A DNA stretch of 64,000 nucleotides from Octopus sinensis (Eukaryota). Below are positions 53,574 to 64,000 of this stretch, in pieces. Within the stretch, counting starts at the first letter, position 1, and every line of letters begins with the position of its first letter. The notes below the pieces were generated by a model. That model was not told where the DNA came from. It searched no databases and was given only the letters and a program-made list of their open reading frames with translations. The stretch lies in NCBI RefSeq assembly GCF_006345805.1, contig NC_043003.1, positions 98,580,001 to 98,644,000 on the forward strand, in the 5' to 3' direction. A program made the translations under genes and the position numbers.

Positions 53574-53962
53574 TACTAGCAGTATCGCCCGGCGTTGCTC
53601 AGGTTGTAAGGGAGGGAAATAACTATAAAGCATTTTTAGAGAGTTATAGCCAAAAATAGCAAAAAAATGGAAAAAAAATGATGGTAAATTTTTTTTGATA
53701 GTTAAAAAAGGTGGAGTTGCGTTCCCTACACAGTTTGTGGTTTGTGTTCCTGATTCTCGACCCCATGTCGAATTTATCGATTTTTTTCAGAACTGGGGGA
53801 ACTTCTCAAAATTTTCGCTGCGTTAGTTTTGAATTATGACATTGGGCTATGTGTGAGTCAAGTTTCATCAGAATCGGTTGAAAGCCGTGGTCAGGGTGAG
53901 GGCACAAGCAAACAGACACACAGAAACACGCACAGACAAACTGCCGTTATATAGAGAGAGAT
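53574..53962 (+). mobile_element. Non-autonomous Helitron/Helentron-type element (HINE-like)
   Basis: Starts TACTAG..CCCGGCGTTGCTC, contains AAGTTTCATCAGAATCGG, and ends with (acag)n-tatatagagag. Its 5' part is shared with 3750-4035 on the minus strand. Confidence 0.65.
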
Positions 53963-54023
53963 ATATAATAAAAACTTACTTGGAGAATTAAGAAAGTGAC
54001 GCCAGGCGTTCAATCATATAATA

Positions 54024-54114
<91 letters not shown>

Positions 54115-54115
54115 A

Positions 54116-54172
<57 letters not shown>

Positions 54173-54841
54173 TATACATATATATATATATATGCATGTT
54201 TGTTTATGTGCGTGTTTCGTATGTTTACGTGTGTGTATATGTGTGCGCGTGTGCGTGCACGTATATGTGTGTATATATGAATGTATACGTGCAGATTTGT
54301 ATGTTTTGTTTCATGTATATAATTGCATGTCTCGACATTATTACATATACTTAAATGATAAATTTCTGGGAAATTTTACAGTTGTTGACAGTTCTAGTGA
54401 TGGTTTGGATCTGTAGCCTTTGAATCAGTTTTCTCCATTCTTGTTTCGAGAAGCCTAATTTCTCAAGATTGGTACTTAGGCAGTGTATTACATGTCCCAG
54501 TGCTACAATAATTTCAGGTATAATAAACCGGAACTTACAATCTGGGTAGAATAACTGTTAATTCTCTTTAGTTCGCTTTGTATGTATGTATGTATGTATG
54601 TATGTATGTATGTATTATGTATGTATGTATGTATGTATGTATGTATGTATGTATGTATGTGTGTGTGTAAGTATGCATGTATGTATGTATGTGTGTGTGT
54701 ATCTATGTATGTATGGATGGATGGATGGAGATGCGTACGTACGTATATCCATTCAAAATGTGACCGCGTGTGTATCGTTGCCGATTTTTTCCTCCGTCTT
54801 CCTTCCTTGGATCTTTTCTTTTCCTATATTTCTGACGAAGA

Positions 54842-54911
<70 letters not shown>

Positions 54912-55474
54912 GTATGTATGAATGTATGTATGTATGACTGTGTGTATACATATATATATATATATCCTAGGGTAGCTTATACAGACAGTGGGGAATATAA
55001 AATGCAGCGCATAAGACAGAGTAATTATGTTATTTTATTTATCGCTTTAAAGTTACATGAATCCTATGAATTCGTAAAAAAAATGTACTTGACAAATGTT
55101 GAAAAATTTGAAACCATTAAGTATGGTTAAGTGATAAAAATATAAATTGTAGCAATCTAGTTAGCAATAAATTTAAAACTGAAATGATGAACGACTAGGG
55201 TGTGTGTTATTTAGCAGTATGACTTCACTAAAATACAATATAGGCTTCAGTACGAAGTTTCACACACACACACACACATTACATTACAAATATAATCACA
55301 GTCAATTTGTTTCACCGAATGGTTTCATACTGAAGAACTTTCCAAAATTGGAGAGAATCAATGGACATATAGTTAATCCAAACATGAAACACACAATGAG
55401 AAAACACAACAACGCGAGGACGTTGAACAAGTATAGTGTTATTGGACGCTCATGTCAGGGAAGAAAGTAGGAGG

Positions 55475-55509
55475 ATTTAACGTTTCGAGCGGGGTTCTTC
55501 GTCAGAAAT
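55475..55509 (-). ncRNA. Minimal hammerhead-like motif with an extra A after the core, in a pLTR-like fragment
   Basis: Minus strand reads ATTT-CTGACGA-A-GAAC-CCC-GCTC-GAAA-CGTT-AAAT, with palindromic ACGT and one stem II mismatch. A truncated sister copy TATTTCTGACGAAGAG lies on the plus strand near 54827-54842. Confidence 0.55.
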
Positions 55510-56562
55510 ATAGGAATGAAAATTTGTTCGGAGATGACCGAGAGTGAAAGTTGTATTATTATGGTTTCTAATCTATCTCCACTTTTAGAGGTCTGTCCAT
55601 CATGAAATTTTTCGGCAGCATCAATTCATTATAAAACTATCTTTATAACATTCAATAAATAAAATATACACCATTATGTTTAATATAATGAGTACCCGTT
55701 TTTTTAACCTCAACTAGGAAACCTTATTGGTCATCGTCCTCTGACTATATATGTATGTGTGTGGACCCATTCTTGTTTGCTTGTGTGTGTGTGTGTGTTT
55801 TGGTGTGTTTTGCATGTGCGTGTCTGAGTGCATATGTGTGTATATACCTTATATCACACTGATTTCTGTTTTGTTTTCTGATCCTTGATATGAAAAACAC
55901 CAAGAAATTTCACTGCAAGAATTTATTCTATATGACTTCATCTTTTTCTTGCTTGTTTTATTTATTTATTTATTTATTTGTTGTCTTTATTATTTTTTCG
56001 CTTTGTTCTATTGTTTCCACAAGCACTCATCCATTTCCAATAAGAAGGGCCGACATCATGTTTCGTTAAATATCTGTTCCTCCCTTTGATCATTTTCGCT
56101 AAAAAATAAATTTGACATATATGTATGCTTTCTCCCTAGTTTTATGTATCATTATACATTGAAACAGAGTTGACCGGGTTCCCCGTAGACAGGATTTGGC
56201 TCAGTGGTTAGAGCATCAAGCTCACAATCTTAAGGAAGTGAGTTCGATTCCTGGACCGGGCTGTGTTTTGTGGTCTTGAGCAAGACACTTTATTTTCACG
56301 TTGCTCCAGTTCGCTCATTTGTAGAAGTGAGTTGCGACGACACTGGGGCCAAGTTGTTTCGGCCTTTTTTTCCCCCTTGGATAACATCGGTGCCATGGAA
56401 AGGGAAAGCATGGTATGCATGGGCGACAACTGGTCTTCAATAAACAACCTTGTCCGGACTTGTGCCTCGGAAAGGAACTTTCTTGATGCAACCCCAGGAG
56501 CAATAGATCAGATGCGTATGTTAAGCAATTCGCTATTTTCACCTCTGTGATTGGTTAAGTGA

Positions 56563-56618
56563 AGGAGATACCTCTGATGAGAGCACCATAAGTCTCGAAA
56601 AATCAATTAAGGCTGTTC
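56563..56618 (+). ncRNA. Type I hammerhead candidate with canonical core
   Basis: CCT-CTGATGA(56574-80)-GAG(C)AC-CATAA-GTCTC-GAAA(56597-600)-AATCAAT-TA-AGG. Stem I is CCT/AGG plus a 3x3 loop plus GAG/TTC. Stem III has only 2 A-U pairs. Confidence 0.5.
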
Positions 56619-58099
56619 ATTATTTTTGTTCGATCTAAAGAGAAATAAGATAATTTGACATGCTTGTATGTTTACTGCGCAGGCTTACATATATTGGGTT
56701 AACAAAAACCGAGTTACGAGGCTTGATGTTATCCCATTTGGGGATAGAAACATCATATAAGTCTTTACATAATATATATTGTATTATATGTCTATTTTCA
56801 TGTAATGTATAACCAGACATTCATTTTTTCATCGAGTCCAATATGTTTAATATTCAGTCATAGAATTCCGCAATTCTTTACAGTTATTTGCTCATGTTAA
56901 ATCACTGAGATAATAGTCTCGGTTTGACAGCAAAATATTTCTCTCCGATGCGCATTTTCTGTTTAGTGATTCTGGAAATTTCGGAAGTTGTCTTGCATTG
57001 AGTTGTTACATGAACAGAACTGTCTTCATCATATATTTTATATGTAAATGAAGTATTCTGCATTGAATGGCAATGTTTAGGCAGAATCGCGTTAAACCGG
57101 CTGAGTCAAGGTTATGTCTTTGAAACTGAGTTGGACTATTTGCCACAGGTTTCCGCTCGTTATATCTCGAGCGATTTCAAACTCATAAACTTTGAAAGGT
57201 TAGTTCGAAATATGATTTGAAAACACTTTCGCAAAACTCTGTACAATGTGATCTAACTTGGTGTCTCATGATTGCAAATAATCTTCCTAACCATTCGGCA
57301 ATCTATTCATTCCATAGTCAATTGTACACACAATAAGTAATATAAGCCATGCTACTGAATCGGCAACCCAATAAAGCATGATTCAACGCTGTAGAAAAAT
57401 GTCAAACATCAATCCAGAAAATAGAACGATTTAAAATTCTAATGTTCTTAATGTGATTATTACAAACAATCACGGATCATGTGACTGTTGCGAATTTGTA
57501 TTTAATTATAACAAGGGTAAGAAATATGTTGTGAGCAGTTAAAAAGAAAATTACAAAAAAATATAATAATCCATGCGGAAACAGTGACCATTGTTACAAG
57601 GAGTAGAGTGTCGTAATAGCAGATTTATGCTATTTTAATTTGACAAAGTAATTTGATTTAATTCAATTAATTACATTTAATTAGAAACGAAGTAAAATAA
57701 AATTTCTAAGAGGAAAAAATATAATACCGTTGCAAATTCATTATAGAAATATATTTCAGTCTGGTATGTCTCGCCTAAAAATACTTCTGTTAATTAAACA
57801 CGTGTCATTTCTATTATTCTTACCGCAGTGGTTCGAATACTTCTTGAGCCAATGATGGCACTCAAAAGTCAAGAAGCTCAATGACTACACGAACGTCAGG
57901 TGCTATGATCTTGAACGTAATAAAATCTTCAGGACACGCAAGGGCAATCCTGAAATACCTGTAAGAAGCTTGAAAGCAGGTGACAATTACGTGTTTCGTA
58001 TGACCAAAGTATCGTTAATAGAATCGACTCCGACCAAATGTTGTCAAAACATTTTACTAACACTGTCAAAGATGTGTTAATTGCATTTCCCCCAATATT

Positions 58100-58300
58100 C
58101 TTTTATTCTTTTATTCTTTTACTTGTTTCAGTCATTTGACTGCGGCCATGCTGGAGCACCGCCTTTAGTCGAGCAAATCGACCCTGGGACTTATTCTTTG
58201 TAAGCCCAGTACTTATTCAATCGACCTCTTTTGCCGAACCGCTAAGTGACGGGGACGTAAACACACCAGCATCGGTTGTCAAGCAATGCTAGGAGGACAA

Positions 58301-58331
<31 letters not shown>

Positions 58332-58480
58332 CGACAGGCTTCTTTCAGTTTCCGTCTACCAAATCCACTCACAAGGCATTGGTCGGCCCGGGGCTATAGC
58401 AGAAGACACTTGCCCAAGATGCCACTCAGTGGGACTGAACCCGGAACCATGTGATTGGTTAGCAAGCTACTTACCACACA
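58100..58480 (-). mobile_element. SINE family 1, near-full copy
   Basis: Colinear with 25680-26042. Further copies or fragments lie at about 340-545, 4960-5310, 8752-8930, 18100-18290, 18700-18845, 19930-20110, 24925-25110, 30825-30965 and 61315-61665. Confidence 0.85.
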
Positions 58481-59289
58481 TTTCAGGTATTTAAATTTAT
58501 CGAACAATAAAAAACTAAATTGCATGACATCACTGTTGGGGATTTCAATTCATTAACTGAAGGGAGGTAATACATCAGAAACCATTAAGTCATGTATAAA
58601 ACCGTTTCTACCTCTACTTTATTTTAGTAAACCTCGACAGGATTTCACTGATAAAGTCGAGGATTCGGGATAGAAATACAGAAAGTGTTTTGTTTGGCTC
58701 TCTACCGACTCTACCGACACTTCCAACTTACTGTCTACGTAGTATGTAGGCTATGAAAGCAAAATACTACCTAATAATACACAAATCCTACATATACGAA
58801 TATTTGTGACGGTCATGGATAGAATGCTTTTCATCGTAACTTTGCAGATCATGAGTCACCTGGGTGATACTCAACAGGACCATCAACTCCATCGTCACCA
58901 CCACCCCCAATACGACAACGACGACCCACCACCACCACCACCACCAACAACAACAACAGCCAAATATACACATCTGAAAGTTCTGGTGATGTTTGACTAT
59001 CACCGTTATTATATCTTATAATGTCTTTTAACTGTGTACCTCATTGACGGTAAAATGGTAATTACATTTTTTGCAAAGTCGGGGTACAGTCGCTTAAATT
59101 GATCCCAGTCTAGTCTATTCCTGGTTTTAGTTAGTTATTTTAAAGACTCTAAGGAACGACAAACATATAAGAATCCCTGTGAGATTTCAATTGTGAACTG
59201 AAAACACGAGACTAAATGCTCTAAGACATCTAATCAGGCAAGCTAGAGTTTCTGCTCACTGGCAGGGCCATGACTCATGCTTGTAATAC

Positions 59290-59837
59290 TAATGATGATG
59301 ACGCTGATGGTGGTGGTGGTGGTGGTGGTGGTGTCGTGGTGGTGTGGTGGTGGTGCTGGTGATGGTGGTGGCGGTAGATAAGGTGGCGATAGTGTTGACA
59401 GTAGTGATGATAGTGGTGGTAGCAGTGATGGTGGTGGTGGTGGTGGTGATGGTGATAGCGGTGGTGATGATGATGATGATGATGATGATGAATATGATGA
59501 TGGTAGCAGTAGTGATGTGGTGGTAGTAATAATAGTGCAGGTGTTGGCGGCAGCGGCGGTGATATTGATGACGGTAATGGTGGCGGTGGTTGCTGGAGTC
59601 GATGGTGGTGGTGATCATGATTGTCTTGAAGATAAGGCTCATGCTAGTGTTGGTAGTGGGGGTGATGATGAAGCTGATGCTGACGATAATGATGAGGTGG
59701 AGAAGGATGATGATGTTGATGATGGTGATGAGGAGGATGATGACAATGATGATGTTGATGACGTAGATTGTGGTGATCATGATTCAGAATTAATATGGTG
59801 ATGATAATGATGATGATGTTGTCACAGTTGCTTCTCC

Positions 59838-59874
<37 letters not shown>

Positions 59875-59935
59875 ATGGAGCCTACGTCGCCGCCGCCGAC
59901 GACGACGACAATGAAAATGATGCTGATGGTGAAGT
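59290..59935 (+). repeat. Degenerate (GGT/GAT)n low-complexity tract
   Basis: Seen directly. Similar tracts lie at 10880-11200, 14990-15900 and 34215-34450. Confidence 0.9.
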
Positions 59936-60759
59936 GGTTTTTTAAATCAAATGAAAATTATGAAATAAGCGATGTTTTTTTTTTACGATTATGCCGAAGG
60001 TAATAATTAGCGATTGTTTGAAATCTCAAAAGATTTGGAATATAAATGACACAAAAAACATATATTTATAAAACTGTTGCTTGACAGATATACCAACGTT
60101 AGTATCTATTTCCATTATATAGTGAGTCGAACTCGATAATGTAAACCTATCTAGTCGGATTCTCTGTTATTTTATCAAAGTTTGGACTCTAGAGTAATTC
60201 GTAAAAAGTTACAGAGGATTATTTGACATGAGGAGTTAAAAGTTAATGTTCCCCGAATTATCCCAAGTGTATTACCCGGCTATCGGGGATTCTAGTTATT
60301 AATTATTCGGTTTTCGAATTTCTATTTTTATATCGTTTTGTAATGTCCTTATATTTGTAGCGTCTCTCTTTGATCGACGTTAACCCACCTTGCATGTGGG
60401 CTGTGTCTCATCCTTTCATATTGCCCTCCATTTGGAAAACAAAAGGTTTTAGCAGAAAAGAGCATCATCATCATGTTGAAATATCTGCATACCTGGGTTA
60501 TCAAATCTAACTTCAGATATTTGCAATATTTCTATGTAAAATACATTACGATCAGTTTGACATTGCATAACCATTAGATATGTCATACATGGATGTGTAG
60601 AATCAACAGCCACAGGAGAGAAATAAATATCATAAATTTCATAAGTTAATATTGTAAACCAAAGAGACAGTTTATAGCCTACATTGACAAAACACCATTT
60701 ATTTTCTACCTCTTTCTCTTTCTGAAAAAGGTAACGTGTCCGAAACATCACCTTACAAA

Positions 60760-61150
60760 TTTCAGGTCCTCCAGGATATTCATTGTAGTTTAATTGAAAG
60801 CCCCTCTCTCAGTCATGTCTCCATTTTCTCCTATGTAATATAACAGATCTATACATTTTATACTTACGAGTTGGATGTTGGTGAAATTTGTTGAGTGTGA
60901 AGCTGCGTATTTAGTTGTTTCTGTCCTGGATATTATTCCATCAGTGTTTTTTTTTCTTTTTTTTACTCTTAGTGGGTGTTACATAGTAATGCCGGTGTAT
61001 TTGCTGTGGATTTAGCGTTGTTTGGGATTGATGTGTAGTTGTTATTGTTTTGTGCTATGTTCCTTTTGTTTTTAGTACTTTTAAAGTTTTTATGCTATTA
61101 TTTTCCACACCGTCATCGCCAGAGAAATGATTAGAAGACTCTGACTTAGA
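60760..61150 (-). mobile_element. Probable very old Penelope GIY-YIG remnant
   Basis: Minus strand IKCIDLLYYIGENGDMTERG resembles C..C..LYIGETGR.L.ER. Confidence 0.35.
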
Positions 61151-61470
61151 GGGATCAATAACATTATTTTTTAGTGTGTCTGCGCAGAAGGGGCGAAACA
61201 TGAGCAAGAGTTGACAGTGATTACTTGGAATAGGCCAATGGATGGAGATTAATTTGTTATAGTACTTATTTTCCGTCAATTCAGTAATTACTGCAGAAGA
61301 ATTTCACAGATTTTGTTGGAGCACCGCCTTTAGTCGAGCAAATCGACCCTAGGACTTATTCTTTGTAAGCCTAGTATTTATTCTATCAGTCTCTTTTGCC
61401 GAACCTCTAAGTTACGTGGGTGTAAACACAACAGCGCCGGTTGCCAAGTGATGTTGGAGGACTAACGCAG

Positions 61471-61511
<41 letters not shown>

Positions 61512-61778
61512 CATATATACGACGGGTTCTTTGAGTTTCCGTCCACCAAATCCACTCACAAGGCTGTAGTAGAAGACACTTGCCCAAGGTGCCACGCAGT
61601 GGGGCTGAACCCGGAACCATGTGGTTCGTAAGCAAGCTACTTACCACACAGTCACTCCTACGCCTATAGCAGTGAAACAATTTTTTTTTTGTAATTTGAA
61701 GTATTGTACGATGAAATCTCCCATTCTATGAGCAAATTTCTGTCTACAGTTGCTGTTGCTCCTGTTGCTTTTGTTAAT

Positions 61779-61837
<59 letters not shown>

Positions 61838-62251
61838 TGCTGCTGCTATTTTCAATTGCAACTGTTTGGAATTTGAGCTTTCATCTCTTGGAACAAATTT
61901 CTCCTCTCCTTCCATGTGCAAGGTAAAGACGAAGAGACATAAGAAGCGCAGCATCTGTTTTTGCGAGACCCGTCCTACTTCTTCCTTTAGTTTGCTAACT
62001 GCGGAACCTAATGCTATGTTTTTTAAGACAAACATCTTCAAAATTTTGCAAAATGCATGAAGCCCAAATTAGTGAAATACAGAAAAGGACAACAACCCTC
62101 TTTGTTGTGACAACCTTAGAAACTTTATATACTAAAAATTGCAAAAAAGTATCAGCATTTGAACATGTAAAAAGACGAAAAAGCAAACGTGAGACTTGAA
62201 GCAACGTGTCGCAGTTATTACCGCCGCAACAACAACGACAGCGATAAGAAC

Positions 62252-62287
<36 letters not shown>

Positions 62288-62294
62288 AAGTATA

Positions 62295-63300
62295 ATAATC
62301 ATAATGAGTATAAGGATTGAAAGGAGAACGCTTGCCGTGTATTTGATAAAGAGTGATGAAGACCTGCTGCAATATGCCTCGAAAGATATGGGTGTAAATG
62401 CAGACGAAATGATAAGCAAGGAGGAGTTTTACCAAAGAGCTGAGGAGAAGAGAAAGAAGACCTTGAAATGAGAATGCATGGACAGTTTCAAAGGAATACA
62501 CAAGACGTTAAGGATAATACAGCATCGTGGGCATGGCTTGAGCGTGGTAATTTGAAGCGTATCACCGAAAACCTGATCATTGCTGCACAAGAGCAGGTTC
62601 TCGCTACCAATTCAGTGAAGTATAACATCTATAAAACTACTGACACCCAGAAATGCAGACTCTGTGGAAAGAGTGTGGAAAATGTGACCCACTTGGTGAG
62701 TGGATGTAAGAGCCTTTCAAAAAAAGGAATGCAAGCGCCGCCACGATATAATGTGTGTGTATCTTCATTGGCTCTTATGCCGTAAATACCCAATAGGAAG
62801 TAGCAGAGAACCGGTATGAGCATGTACCAAGTAAAGTTATGCAGGAGGGTGGAGAAGTAACGATACTCTGGGACTATGATTTTCAGACGGATCGTGTAAT
62901 CGAACACCATCGGCCGGATATTGTCATATTGAATAAGAGAGACAAATACTGTCAGATCATTGATGTAGCCATACGAAATGACATGTACGTTGTGAGTGAG
63001 GTGGTTGAAAAAATCACCAAGTACCCCGAATTGAAAGTGGAAATGGCAAGACTGCATGGAATGCAAGAAGGTAATATAAAAGTGATACCAGTTGTGATCG
63101 GAGCGTTGGGCTCAATCCCATTGAAACTTCAAGATTTCTTAAGGCAACTGGAAATCCCATGCAAACTGATGTCTTGTAAAAAGTAGCTTTATTGGGCAAA
63201 GCGCACATCTTAAAGAAAATATTATCTGTCTGAGGTCCTTCTTGTAACTTGACAGATGACTAAAGACTCCGGTGCAGCTTTATCTACACTGTGTTATGAA
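62295..63300 (+). mobile_element. R4/Dong-clade element 3' kilobase (zinc knuckle plus RLE), third family, frameshifted
   Basis: MHGQF..WAWLERGNLK..TENLIIAAQEQVL, CRLCGKSVENVTHLVSGC, TILWDYDFQTDRVIEHHRPDIVI..IIDVAI..EKITKY..VIPVVIGALG. Confidence 0.92.
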
Positions 63301-63892
63301 TGAATAGTAATAATGATAATTATAGTGTTAACATGTACATGTTTGTGTTGGTGTAGAAGATAAGTTATACCAAATATTCTACTCAATATCGCAGATTTGC
63401 TTGTCAGTTGCTCGATTACCCGCTGAACATGACTCTTACTGACTGACGGTTTTAGCATCTCTGATCATGAACAGGAGTAGTTGGGAAGTATAATTGCCAT
63501 GTGCTAAGAGGGATTCTTTAGGGTTTAAATAATTCACCTCTGGAAACATGGATGTTTCATTCACCATCTTTAAGCAACCATTATTGAGGGACCTTTTGAG
63601 TGAATTGCGCTCCTCGACCTGAAGAAATTTCTAACTGAGCTTACCTGCAAGGTCATGTGCCGTTTCTTTTCATATGAGGCGCGATATGGTTGTGATGCAT
63701 GTGTCTGGTACTCCCCTATCAAACACGTAGTCATAAGCGGTATATTGGACTACGTATATTTGTATCCCAGTGTAACTTTGATGGTATGCTCTGCTCTCCT
63801 GCTCAATAATGATGATGATGATGATCATGATGATAATAATAATAATGATAATATCAACAACAACAACAACAACAACAACTACAATAATAATG

Positions 63893-63948
<56 letters not shown>

Positions 63949-64000
63949 TGGGGGAGAGCATAAGTCGATTACAGTTTTTCATTGGTACTTAATTTATTGA

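Noticed and set aside
54440-54475. GAGAA/TTCTC stem followed by GAAAC on the minus strand
   Set aside because: No CUGANGA-like core precedes the stem.
57860-58075. Fibronectin type III resemblance of SLKAGDNYVFRM
   Set aside because: Only a short motif, with an upstream in-frame stop and no other FN3 residues recognisable.
59289-59801. Poly-Thr/His/Val/Asp ORFs, also at 10842-11289, 15000-15927 and 34258-34578
   Set aside because: Trinucleotide low-complexity tracts with no splice or homology support.

Overview
AT-rich, microsatellite-dense metazoan DNA. The SINE families and repeat mix suggest an octopod cephalopod (from recall, not verified). There is one 100-N gap. No intact protein-coding gene is recognisable; the long ORFs in the track are simple-repeat artefacts or transposon remnants. 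The window is a mosaic of three tRNA-headed SINE families, decayed LINEs (Tx1/L1, R4/Dong sitting in TAA arrays, RTE, CR1/L2-like), Penelope-like elements (PLEs), a full-length dead mariner and several MITEs. The most striking feature is a 447-bp near-perfect fold-back at 26066-26512 (219-bp arms, 2 mismatches, 9-nt loop). It encodes a complete type I hammerhead ribozyme on each strand, and each ribozyme is masked by its own antisense arm. Further hammerheads and hammerhead-like variants occur at 33830 (compensatory U3:A8 core), 55475 and 56563, with degenerate ones elsewhere, along with other inverted PLE-type structures. One weak candidate host-gene exon lies on the minus strand at 11312-11479. 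Repeat boundaries are approximate unless stated exactly.
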